Positions 55,015 through 64,000 of a stretch of 64,000 nt of DNA are shown in pieces. Origin of the DNA: a virus (taxonomy: Duplodnaviria > Caudoviricetes); the IMG/VR virus record IMGVR_UViG_3300017700_000931, positions 64,001 through 128,000 of that record. The stretch is one strand, 5' to 3'. Position 1 is the stretch's first letter. Each line of letters opens with the position of its first letter. The notes beneath the pieces are model-generated. The model was given only the letters and a program-made list of their open reading frames with translations, had not been told where the DNA came from and ran no database searches. The translations under genes and the position numbers were made by a program.

Positions 55015-58000
55015 GCATTAGTACTTATAATTAGTGATGCTGATGTACAGTTTTGTGCATCTCTAGCTTGGAACGAATATCCCGTACCACAAGCTAAACC
55101 TGTGAATACCGGACTGGCTTGCCATGTTCCAGCTCCTATTCTAAATTGATATGGTCCACCATTACCACCAGAACCACTCACAGTAACAGATGTTTGTGAA
55201 GTACTACTAGGTGCTACCGTAACAACTGTTGGTTGTGTTAATGAAACAATCAAGTTTGGAGCAGTACAAAGGTGTTGTGTATCTCTCGCTGCAATAGTAT
55301 GTGAACCAGAAGCTAAACCAGTAAATATATGAGATGTTGATATACCAATCCATGGTCCACCATCAATCCTAACTTGATATGTACCAAAACCAATAGCTGG
55401 ATTACCACCACTAACACTAACAGTAATTTGTCCATTTGAACCACCATTACATGTAACATTGGTTTTAGATACAAGAGTAATTAATAATACTGGTGGTTCA
55501 AGAACTTCAACAGTAAAATCTTTAATACAACCATTCGAATCGGTTACGGTTGCAGTATATATTCCAGCCGGATATGCGAGTGTACCAATTGGTTGTAATG
55601 TTGGCCCCGTATAAACAATTGGACTTGGTGTTGGTCCGTCCCAAGAATAAACAGAATTATAAGGTGGTGTACCACCTGCAAGACCTGTTACTGATATTAC
55701 ACCATTCGCAGCACCATTACATGTTATATGTTGTGGTGTAATATTTCCAGTTATAGCTGTCGGTTGGGTAATCGTAAATACTTGTGACGCTGTTTGACCA
55801 ATATTATCAGTCATAGTTACTGTGTAGGTACCAGAATCTAATCCGGTTTGTAATGTTTGATTATTTAATGGATAACCAGCCAGTGGTGGTACTACTGTTG
55901 TAACTGAAGTTACTGGTGCAACACCTGTTATGTAATTAAATTGTATCGAACCATTTGATGCCCCATTACATGTGATATTTGATGATGTACCACTCATAGT
56001 TAATGCTGGTGGACTAGTTATAATAACACCGCTAGTTGAACACGTTGATGATTGTGATGCACTATCTGTTGTAGTTACAACATATGTTCCAGTTGGTAAT
56101 CCAGCAAACATATCTGTTGGACCAACAATACCTGAATGTGTCACTGTTACTGGTCCAACAATTTCAGTTGTGTATGGACCTATTCCACCACCTATACCAA
56201 CAATTTGAATTGTACCGTCAGATGCACCATTTGATGAAACTGGTGTTGCCGATGCAAAACAATTGACTGCGAATGGTTGGCCAACATTAAATGTTGTTGT
56301 TGCTTGTAAACCTTCAGCATCAGTAACAGTTACCGTATATGTTCCAGCTGGAACACCTGTTATATCTTCACTAGTGGCACCATTAGACCAAACATAAGTG
56401 TATGGACCTGTTCCACCAACAATTGTAACATCAACACTACCATCTGACCCACCATATGTTGTCACATCGGTAATGACTCCAGTAATTAAAAAATCATCTT
56501 CTTCTATGATTGAACAATTTTCAAAATACTTAGTATTCATTTTATCTAAACCTGTTTTATTTGGTGTTAAACCAAAATAAAAATAATACGAGCCACCCCA
56601 AGGTTGTTTAATTAATTTATTTTGTATATCTCTAAACAATTCATATGAACTAATAGCACCACTATCAAAGAGTGCATGTCTTGATGCTGTAACAGTATCA
56701 CTTAAATCTATACCAACGTATGGATTATTTAATTGGGTAAATGCATCTCTGATGAATAAATTATCAATATCACAATTATTTATTTTAACATCTGCTTCAC
56801 CCGCTCCACCACCAACTGGAACACAACCTAATGGTGTTGATTCATCAGTTCTTAATTCATCAAGACCGACACCAATCTCACATTGTCTTTTAATGTTTGT
56901 ACAATTTAATGCAGTTGTGGTCAACCCTAAACAACTAATATCAAAAAATAATGATGGTGTATTACTTGCTAATCCCGGAGAGTCATACCCACTCGTTACA
57001 AGCTCACCAGTTGTATCATCATATTCATTTAATAATTCTGGTGCCTTATAAGATGTTGGTACTAAGAATGGTTGAATTTTTGGTTTTCCTTGCCAATCAC
57101 ATTCAAACATTGCACCTAAATCAATAATGTCGGTCGCAAATAATTTATATCCGGCTTCATGAGTAAATGCTGCATAATATAATTCATCTTGGTATGATTT
57201 AACCAAACCATCTCTAATCAATGCTGACTCACCAGTTTTAACACCATCAGCAGTACAACTATCGACTAACCAATTATTTTGACATTTATTATCAGGATTT
57301 CCATTATTATCTCCATCAACACCACCACTAAAATCATCACAATCGAACTCACAGAATTTCTCTTTATCTTTTCTCTTCTTTTTGTATTTTAACAGGAATG
57401 AATATAATGAACCATTTACCCAATCATTATAAAAATCAAATTCCCAAACATTTAATGCTTCAGCAAGAGTAAGTGATATACAAAAAGACCACCCAGCATC
57501 TCCAATTGGTACTGTTTCTAGTGTTCCATGTCCAGTATGCCCATCATTAGGCCAATGTTTCATTGGTGGTTTATCTGTTGCCGCCCAAGGTAATGGTTTA
57601 CCACCTTGAAAACAACCCGGACCATATTCTTCATCTTGACATGATAATGTGATACATGGAATGTATGGGATAATATCTTTACAATCACAATCATCACACT
57701 CATCTTCACAATCACCAATACAAGCATTTTTTCTACATTCTTTTCTACTATCAGCATCTAACGGATACTTCAACGCACAGGCTATCTTACCGACAAAAAA
57801 TACGACCTCACAAATAACAATTAGAACAGCATTTAATATAAAAATAATCGCATTTATGAGAGTAATAATAATCGTATTAATTAATATAACGATAAATGAA
57901 ATTATTTTTATGATAATACAAAGTATTGAAAATAGTGGGTTGATATCTGAATCCATTCTATTGAATGGAAATGGATTATGTAAACCAGTACAGTCATCAA

Positions 58001-59345
58001 CATCTTTTATCCCCAACATTGCTCTAATACTAACATCTGGGCTCAAAGTACCAACTTTTTCAAGACCACCCATGGTTTGAAATCTTGGTATGAAATTTTT
58101 AACTGAATAAATTTTATTCCAATACATATCCTTAAAGTGTTTGTCACCATTAAGTCCATGACCAGTAGATTCATCAAATGAATAATCAGTTTCATTATAA
58201 TTATTTGGATTATGCGGTACTAAGTATTTGGCTCTGGTTCTTATTTTCCCTTCACCACCAGTAACATCCATACCAATTTTAAATCTAACACTAGCTCTAG
58301 TTGGTATTCCTCTAGTTGAATCCTCTGTTGGTACCAAATCACCATATTCGTTAGTAATCATATAATCAAGATTCATGGGTACTTGATAAGCCCACGCACC
58401 ATTATCATCGATTACCCTACCACCATCTACATCAAACCTTTGATTTTTTCCATCAAGGTCTTTTCTGAGCATTTCAATCGTTCCAGCTCCAGCAACAGTT
58501 TCGCAAAGGCTACCTAATTTTTTTCTAGGTTTACATCTTTTATTTATCGAGTTTTTTTCATTGTCACCAAAGATTCCACCCATAAAAATAGCAGATGGTT
58601 TTAATTCATGTTTTAAATCAACATCCAATCTTGTAATACCAATAGAACATTGGTCCTCATCTCCCCAAAAAGGTCTTATGTTTACACTTGTTTGTTGATT
58701 TTTAATTTGATTTAATTTATTCAAATCTTCACCACCCTTGAATTTATTTGATGTTTCAAAAGAACTTCTTGGTTGGCCAACTGCCATAAAATCATATGGT
58801 CTTTGTGAATAAATTCCTATATCGGATAAATCACAATCAATGTTTATAAAATGTGTTCCGGTTGGGACTCCGAAAATCATATAATCACCAGCTGCATTTG
58901 TAATTGCAGAATACTTGTAATATTTACAATGAATATCTAACTTAAGGTCGTTATCTAATATCTCTCTTTTAGTGGCTAATGTACCAACTGGTGTGTGACA
59001 ATCAAATTGAGATGAATTTGGTAATAAATTGTATCTTTTACCATCTGGGTCTTTATCATTTATTGTTTCGAATGGATATAAATCTCTAATTTCTTCATCT
59101 TGTAAATCTTCTTCATCGATTGGGACGAAAATCGATACTTTTGCATTAGGAACACCAACACCATTGTTCATGATAACTCTACCAACAACAACACCATAAT
59201 CAGAACAAAAACGCCTATAAACCTCCTCTTGCGAAATACTCAATGAAAGTATTTCAAGAAAATCAAAACTTTGTTCTAACTTAACTTTTAAATGTTTCCC
59301 ACCAAATTCTTGTGGGTTGGTTCTAATCCTAACTCTATTTGACAT
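55008..59345 (-). CDS. 1445-aa virion protein: N-terminal carboxypeptidase-regulatory-like domain, hydrophobic segment, Cys-rich region, C-terminal SprB repeats
   Basis: GRVIMNNGVGVPNAKVSIF; repeated GGT.PYTY.WSNG..TGL.AGTYTVTVTD.GC units from about 56490 to the end. Confidence 0.82.
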   Translation of the reverse strand: MSNRVRIRTNPQEFGGKHLKVKLEQSFDFLEILSLSISQEEVYRRFCSDYGVVVGRVIMNNGVGVPNAKVSIFVPIDEEDLQDEEIRDLYPFETINDKDPDGKRYNLLPNSSQFDCHTPVGTLATKREILDNDLKLDIHCKYYKYSAITNAAGDYMIFGVPTGTHFINIDCDLSDIGIYSQRPYDFMAVGQPRSSFETSNKFKGGEDLNKLNQIKNQQTSVNIRPFWGDEDQCSIGITRLDVDLKHELKPSAIFMGGIFGDNEKNSINKRCKPRKKLGSLCETVAGAGTIEMLRKDLDGKNQRFDVDGGRVIDDNGAWAYQVPMNLDYMITNEYGDLVPTEDSTRGIPTRASVRFKIGMDVTGGEGKIRTRAKYLVPHNPNNYNETDYSFDESTGHGLNGDKHFKDMYWNKIYSVKNFIPRFQTMGGLEKVGTLSPDVSIRAMLGIKDVDDCTGLHNPFPFNRMDSDINPLFSILCIIIKIISFIVILINTIIITLINAIIFILNAVLIVICEVVFFVGKIACALKYPLDADSRKECRKNACIGDCEDECDDCDCKDIIPYIPCITLSCQDEEYGPGCFQGGKPLPWAATDKPPMKHWPNDGHTGHGTLETVPIGDAGWSFCISLTLAEALNVWEFDFYNDWVNGSLYSFLLKYKKKRKDKEKFCEFDCDDFSGGVDGDNNGNPDNKCQNNWLVDSCTADGVKTGESALIRDGLVKSYQDELYYAAFTHEAGYKLFATDIIDLGAMFECDWQGKPKIQPFLVPTSYKAPELLNEYDDTTGELVTSGYDSPGLASNTPSLFFDISCLGLTTTALNCTNIKRQCEIGVGLDELRTDESTPLGCVPVGGGAGEADVKINNCDIDNLFIRDAFTQLNNPYVGIDLSDTVTASRHALFDSGAISSYELFRDIQNKLIKQPWGGSYYFYFGLTPNKTGLDKMNTKYFENCSIIEEDDFLITGVITDVTTYGGSDGSVDVTIVGGTGPYTYVWSNGATSEDITGVPAGTYTVTVTDAEGLQATTTFNVGQPFAVNCFASATPVSSNGASDGTIQIVGIGGGIGPYTTEIVGPVTVTHSGIVGPTDMFAGLPTGTYVVTTTDSASQSSTCSTSGVIITSPPALTMSGTSSNITCNGASNGSIQFNYITGVAPVTSVTTVVPPLAGYPLNNQTLQTGLDSGTYTVTMTDNIGQTASQVFTITQPTAITGNITPQHITCNGAANGVISVTGLAGGTPPYNSVYSWDGPTPSPIVYTGPTLQPIGTLAYPAGIYTATVTDSNGCIKDFTVEVLEPPVLLITLVSKTNVTCNGGSNGQITVSVSGGNPAIGFGTYQVRIDGGPWIGISTSHIFTGLASGSHTIAARDTQHLCTAPNLIVSLTQPTVVTVAPSSTSQTSVTVSGSGGNGGPYQFRIGAGTWQASPVFTGLACGTGYSFQARDAQNCTSASLIISTNAC

Positions 59346-59347
59346 AA

Positions 59348-59686
59348 TTATTTTATAACATCCACATTCGTCAATTCATAGTCGTCTGGGTTGATTTCAT
59401 TATCGTCGTCATCTTCATAATTGTCGAAAACTTCTTCTTTTTTTCTTTTAAATAACTTACCAATACCCAATAAGGTTCCTTGAACATTAGTTGTTTTTTT
59501 ACGCACGATTTGATTAAATAACATAATCAAAATTAATGGTAAAATTACTGGTATAAGCGTTATACCTACAATTGCAACACTTATTAAGAATAAAAATATT
59601 CTCATCCCAAGTGAATCACTAAATGCTGCTTTATCTAGATTTTTTTGGCTTATTTTTTTGTCGTTTTTACATCCACAATCACTCAT
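59348..59686 (-). CDS. Small membrane protein (N-terminal CGCK)
   Basis: MSDCGCKND, long hydrophobic stretch, acidic tail. Confidence 0.72.
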   Translation of the reverse strand: MSDCGCKNDKKISQKNLDKAAFSDSLGMRIFLFLISVAIVGITLIPVILPLILIMLFNQIVRKKTTNVQGTLLGIGKLFKRKKEEVFDNYEDDDDNEINPDDYELTNVDVIK

Positions 59687-59731
59687 AATTTTTATTTTAA
59701 ACGTAACATTTTTTAATCAAAAGGAAATGAT

Positions 59732-61543
59732 TTATTTAACCCTAACAGTTATATCTTTTTCTGGTAACTTAATTTCAAACATTGAAGTAGGCTCACCAAA
59801 TAGTCTAAATTCACCCAATAAATCAATTTGTCTTGTTTCGTCATCAATATATGGTTGAGCTATTTCATTTGTGGAATAATTACCAGCAACCTTATTGAAA
59901 ACCCTAATATCTATTACGTTAAGAACACCATTCACATTATTTATAGCCTCTAATAAAGGTGCCATATAAATGTTTTCACCCATATGGTGTTTGTTGATAT
60001 CCATATAAGTTGAAACTTGATTAATAACTTCTGCAATAATAGCTGATTGTGGATATTGTTTATCGATAAATAAATCAATCTCAAAACCTAAATTAATTAC
60101 ACGACCATTGTTAACCTCAATATAATCGTTTAACATTCTATATTCACTAAGGTAATCAGCAACATTTTGTTTTAAAACGTTCGTTGCTGAACTAGTTAAT
60201 TTACCATTCGGGTCTAAACCTAAAACTGATACTGAAATTTTATTTTGGTGCTCGTATACTCCGCATCTAAATGGAACTCCAAATTCACCATTCATTAAGG
60301 CAATTCTAGCTTCATAATCTTTTAAAGTAACAGCTCTATTTTGTGATGCGAAATTATACCTAACTAAATTTCTTAATTCTTCAATTGATGGCTCATCTCT
60401 ACCACCCATAGCAGGTACTGGATTATTAACGGTTAAAGATGTTCTAACGCTAGTATTTTTGGTGTTATTTGGGCCATTCACAAACATTTGAATAGTATTC
60501 ACCGATTTAATTGTATTACTACCTATATTTGATGATGCACCACCACCAACTCTATATCTAACGAACATTGTTTGGTTAGCAGTTGGTGTGGTCCCAAGTG
60601 ACATGTTATTGATGAAATCACCAATTCTATTAACCATAGCCGGATTTACATCAAAATCACATAATTGACTCACGTCTTGTGTTCCGGCACCAAAAATTAG
60701 TTTAGTAAAACCTAAGTCTGTATATTCGGTAATAAATCTTTTGTTTATTTCAAGCCATTTACCCGGAGTGATACCACTATTATCTGAAACTGTATTATAA
60801 TCCTTAACAAATACTTTGTTCTCGACCAACGCATCGACTTCATACCATCTATCTTCAACAAAGAATTTATCAGGTGATGGGTCATTTGCTATATTAGTCC
60901 CCTCTTGGGTGATGATTGAATCAACTGATAATACATCATTATCTGGTAATATTAATTCAAAAAATGGTACCACATCTTGGGTGGTAATAATTTTCTTAAA
61001 TATTTTACTACTTCCATTCAATACAATTTCTCTTTTTACTAAATTATAACTGGTAATATTATTATTAGCATCAATATTTGGTAAAATTAATCGATTAGGT
61101 AGGCCACCTGTAGTAAATGGAGAGGCGAAATCAATATCGTCAACAGTTTCAAATACTTTACCACCACCAGCAACTTGTGCACCTCTTCTAATTAATGGAG
61201 CATAAGCAATATCAAATGTGTCACCATCAACTGGTACTGTTACTGTAAAGTCAACAAGTGTGATTGATGGTCGCTTCCCCGGAACCTTCAAACCAAATGT
61301 TCTAGCCATAGATAAAATCGATTTACGTTCTTGAGCATAATCGATTTGTGTTTCTTGAAACATACGGTCGGTATGGAAACTTAAAACATCCCCAATGGCC
61401 GCATTTAATTCAATCAACATCATACCCACAGATGAATCATTGAAATCATTCAAAATATCTGGATAGTATTGTCTAACAAAGTTGATTAACTCCGTCCTTG
61501 CATCAACGAAATTTCTTGCATAATAATTTATTTTACGTGCCAT
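59732..61543 (-). CDS. Baseplate wedge protein (gp6/J-like)
   Basis: DFNDSSVGMMLIELNAAIGD.LSF, AQERKSI..MARTFG, GGRDEPSIEE.R, QNRAVT.KDY. Confidence 0.88.
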   Translation of the reverse strand: MARKINYYARNFVDARTELINFVRQYYPDILNDFNDSSVGMMLIELNAAIGDVLSFHTDRMFQETQIDYAQERKSILSMARTFGLKVPGKRPSITLVDFTVTVPVDGDTFDIAYAPLIRRGAQVAGGGKVFETVDDIDFASPFTTGGLPNRLILPNIDANNNITSYNLVKREIVLNGSSKIFKKIITTQDVVPFFELILPDNDVLSVDSIITQEGTNIANDPSPDKFFVEDRWYEVDALVENKVFVKDYNTVSDNSGITPGKWLEINKRFITEYTDLGFTKLIFGAGTQDVSQLCDFDVNPAMVNRIGDFINNMSLGTTPTANQTMFVRYRVGGGASSNIGSNTIKSVNTIQMFVNGPNNTKNTSVRTSLTVNNPVPAMGGRDEPSIEELRNLVRYNFASQNRAVTLKDYEARIALMNGEFGVPFRCGVYEHQNKISVSVLGLDPNGKLTSSATNVLKQNVADYLSEYRMLNDYIEVNNGRVINLGFEIDLFIDKQYPQSAIIAEVINQVSTYMDINKHHMGENIYMAPLLEAINNVNGVLNVIDIRVFNKVAGNYSTNEIAQPYIDDETRQIDLLGEFRLFGEPTSMFEIKLPEKDITVRVK

Positions 61544-61549
61544 ATTCTA

Positions 61550-61933
61550 TTATATTTGTATTTCAACAAAGTCTTTGGTTTCAAAAACATCCTGACTTAT
61601 TGTGTAATCTATTCTTATTTTAGCTGCATATTCAGACATTGCTGATTGTTCGATATCAACACTATTCACTTTTAAATTAGGTAGATATTTCTTAACAGCT
61701 TCTTTTATTTCTTCTGATATTTCAGCATAAGTAAATCCATCATTTGGTTGGAAAATAAACCTTCTTAAGTTAGTCCCAAATTCTGGATTGTAAAACCTTT
61801 CACCTTTATTGGTTAATATTAAATGCATTAAATCAGATTTTATAGCCGCTGAATCCGTTTTTGTTAGGTCAAGGAAAAACCCCTTTACACTATCTTTAAA
61901 TGGAAAATTGATATTTATGAATTTTTCTGCCAT
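61550..61933 (-). CDS. gp25-like baseplate protein
   Basis: IKSDLMHLILTNKGERFYNPEFGTNLRRFIF.P. Confidence 0.9.
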   Translation of the reverse strand: MAEKFININFPFKDSVKGFFLDLTKTDSAAIKSDLMHLILTNKGERFYNPEFGTNLRRFIFQPNDGFTYAEISEEIKEAVKKYLPNLKVNSVDIEQSAMSEYAAKIRIDYTISQDVFETKDFVEIQI

Positions 61934-61997
61934 AACACTGTTCTTTTATGATAAATATTGTAATACATAATTTTGAGAATTAAATAGTGAAATAAAA

Positions 61998-62024
61998 AAA
62001 GCCCACCTGATTCAGGTGGGCTTT
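61998..62024. terminator. Terminator hairpin
   Basis: AAAGCCCACCTGA-T-TCAGGTGGGCTTT after the RNR gene. Confidence 0.75.
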
Positions 62025-62046
62025 ATAAAAAATTATTTAATTATAT

Positions 62047-64000
62047 TTATGCTTTTATAGATGACAAGTCAATATCAATCTCACAAGAGCCTCCGGCACA
62101 TGCTGCCTCTCCTGATAAATTAGTGTTATCCTCAATTTCAATGACTTTAGTTAAATCAACATCCACTAAGGTTTTCATTAATTCATTGTATTTTTCTTTA
62201 GTACAGTCCTCAAATGGAGCTTGAATATAACTTCCACCATCATATGGTAATACTGATATACCATTAAAAGTTTCACGATTATCCCACATCCATTCACCAA
62301 CTACACCCCATTCATTGATTCGGTAAATAACATTACCTTTTTCATCTTTTTTGGGCTCGTAAACCACTTTTCCGTCAGTTCCCTTAATCGGAGTACCTTT
62401 TTCATCTTTGATTGAAACAACTTCAGCTTCTTTCTTAATCGAAACAGTAACAGATACATTATGTGTATTTTGTCCGTCAGTGTGTCCAGCTCTAACCCAT
62501 TCTAGGTTGAATTTTTTCACCCTTTCAAGTAGTTGCATAGGTGATTCATGTCTAAATATTGAACCATCTGGAGCCTTTTGTGGTATAGATATTACTGCTT
62601 GTTCATTTGGTCTAAAGTATTCATCTTCCACTAATTGTGGGTGGTGAATAGCTAAATAACTATAAATTGCTTCATTCTTACCGACTCTAATCCTTCTAAG
62701 ATAATAATCATTATGCCAAGCATGTACACCGGATGCGGTACCTAAAACTAGTGATGAGGTTCCTGATGGTTTAACTGTTGTTGTCCTTGCCGCTGGATTA
62801 ATGTTAATCAAATCAGCAATTCTTTTATTTTCTTTTAAAACTTCAGCCGCTGCTTCTTCTAAATCAAATCCTAACACAACACCAGAACCAATTCCTGTCA
62901 TTCCAACACCAACTAACGCATCTTTTTCTGTGGTTCTTTTCCATACATCTCTCAAGTAATGAAAATCAGTATATCCAGCTTGTAATGTACCAATAAAGGC
63001 GGCAGCTCTTACTCTTTCATTTAAATCTTCTTGGGAAGTGATATTTGAAGCGTTGATTTCAGTTAAATTACAAAATTGATAAGGTCTTAATGCAATTTCG
63101 CAACATGGATTAGTTCCCCAATCTTTATCATTTGAAAAATACACACCCGGCTCTCCACTACCACTTTCTTCAATTTTTTTCCATAAATCAAAAAACGTTG
63201 ATTCAGTTATTTTATGTCTCAACATAACAGCAGAGTTATTCGCTCTACCTCTTTGCGGATTTAATTCATACCATGCTCCAAATTTACATGTTCTCATATT
63301 ATCATCATCCATTGAGAATAATGAAATTAATGCCGCTCTCCTTATTCCACCAGCTAATACTGCATCAGCAATATAGCAAACAATATCATGTACTTCAAGA
63401 GTTGTTAATTTACTTCCATCCTCTTTGTTACTTAAAATTTTAGTAATATTATGGATACAATCTTTTAATGGTTGTGGTCCCGGAGCTTTACCACCACTAG
63501 TTACTAATAATGCACCTTTTTTTCTAATATCAGAATAATCAAATATTGGTTCTGAGGTATTTTTGTTTGTAACATCAAGATAAGATTTCATCAAAATCTT
63601 AATTGTGTCAGCCCAACCTTCAATGTTATCACTAACAACATATCTACGTGTTCTACCAGCTTTAGGTTTTCTAATTTCTGGTAATTGCTCCACATGATGT
63701 CTTTGTACCGAATATCCAACACCAGTACCACCTAACAACAAAAACATTATTTCACTAAATGAATTGTAATGGTCTATTGGTAGATACGCACAGTTGTATA
63801 TTCTATTTGGAGAGATTTCAATTGGTTTACCACCAAATTGAAGACTTCTCATTGAAGGTAACACCTTCTTATCATACACCATTTTAAAAACATCTTCAAT
63901 CTCACCCTTAATGTGTGGATATCTTTTTTGGTGCATTTCTTTATTTCTTGTAACCAATTCTTCCCATGTTTCTCTTCTTTTTAACTTGGGTAAGTATTTG
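62047..64000 (-). CDS. nrdJ: Class II (adenosylcobalamin) ribonucleotide reductase, 5' end outside the window
   Basis: Frame open to the window edge (KYLPKLKRRETWEELV); LPSMRSL, NCAY, GGIRRAA, TNPCCEI, TTVKPSGT, C-terminal CAGGSC. Confidence 0.92.
   Translation of the reverse strand, partial: KYLPKLKRRETWEELVTRNKEMHQKRYPHIKGEIEDVFKMVYDKKVLPSMRSLQFGGKPIEISPNRIYNCAYLPIDHYNSFSEIMFLLLGGTGVGYSVQRHHVEQLPEIRKPKAGRTRRYVVSDNIEGWADTIKILMKSYLDVTNKNTSEPIFDYSDIRKKGALLVTSGGKAPGPQPLKDCIHNITKILSNKEDGSKLTTLEVHDIVCYIADAVLAGGIRRAALISLFSMDDDNMRTCKFGAWYELNPQRGRANNSAVMLRHKITESTFFDLWKKIEESGSGEPGVYFSNDKDWGTNPCCEIALRPYQFCNLTEINASNITSQEDLNERVRAAAFIGTLQAGYTDFHYLRDVWKRTTEKDALVGVGMTGIGSGVVLGFDLEEAAAEVLKENKRIADLININPAARTTTVKPSGTSSLVLGTASGVHAWHNDYYLRRIRVGKNEAIYSYLAIHHPQLVEDEYFRPNEQAVISIPQKAPDGSIFRHESPMQLLERVKKFNLEWVRAGHTDGQNTHNVSVTVSIKKEAEVVSIKDEKGTPIKGTDGKVVYEPKKDEKGNVIYRINEWGVVGEWMWDNRETFNGISVLPYDGGSYIQAPFEDCTKEKYNELMKTLVDVDLTKVIEIEDNTNLSGEAACAGGSCEIDIDLSSIKA

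Larger units (their letters stand above)
4406..61960. promoter_or_regulatory. Recurrent candidate late-promoter motif RTATTTAT (dispersed sites)
   Basis: Found about 5-30 nt upstream of starts at 4400, 7296, 8467, 8932, 20128, 23581, 25401, 28026, 31275, 32761, 38145, 43578, 45306 and 61933. Confidence 0.6.

Noticed and set aside
55008-59345. Diversity-generating retroelement target
   Set aside because: No reverse transcriptase, and no near-identical TR/VR pair differing at adenines was seen.
2257-62024. Perfect palindromes as operator or recombination sites
   Set aside because: All sit at gene ends next to A/T tracts and differ in sequence; intrinsic terminators are the simpler explanation.
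1893-62647. Numerous 60-160 aa ORFs nested in or antisense to long genes
   Set aside because: They are shadows of AT-rich coding frames (Ser/Ile/Phe-rich), with no promoters or recognisable motifs.
1-64000. Genome-wide TAG reassignment (code 15)
   Set aside because: TAG cleanly ends ordinary genes (7539, 13038, 18918, 22056, 38570) and long genes are intact in code 11; internal TAGs are local.
62047-64000. Intein or intron in the RNR
   Set aside because: The frame is continuous, and the only insertion is about 40 aa without C/S...HN splicing motifs.

Overview
A strongly AT-rich, almost entirely minus-strand 64 kb segment of a jumbo/huge tailed phage with a contractile tail (gp25-like and gp6/J-like baseplate genes). 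The host is very probably Bacteroidota: many genes are preceded by the Bacteroidota -7 promoter TAnnTTTG, and the window encodes an RpoD-like sigma, SC-lipobox lipoproteins, an Hc1-like protein and SprB repeats. Standard code 11 applies, since TAG, TGA and TAA all end ordinary genes. Left third: vitamin uptake (TonB receptor + PnuC), translation/proteostasis genes (Pth2-like, RF1-like, tRNAs, tmRNA, ClpP, DnaJ, M20/M28 peptidase) and a DUF2828/TROVE-like vWA protein. Middle: lysis, late/head-associated genes, sigma factor, SbcCD-like nuclease, primase and RuvC-like resolvase. Right: baseplate/tail block and a class II ribonucleotide reductase. The best candidate for an undescribed system is a stop-codon-gated translation-rescue locus (about 2.8-10.2 kb) that the ORF track largely misses. 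It comprises (i) an RF1-like gene split by an in-frame TGA and a prfB-like +1 shift site carrying an amber codon (CTT TAG C), (ii) a 66-nt tRNA-like gene with a CUA anticodon loop 21 nt upstream of a Pth2-like gene whose 4th codon is TAG, (iii) an ATG-AAA-TAG minigene, and (iv) a roughly 850-nt modular structured RNA with an embedded tRNA-Met, plus tmRNA next to ClpP. No searches were run; family calls are by motif recognition and folds are by eye.
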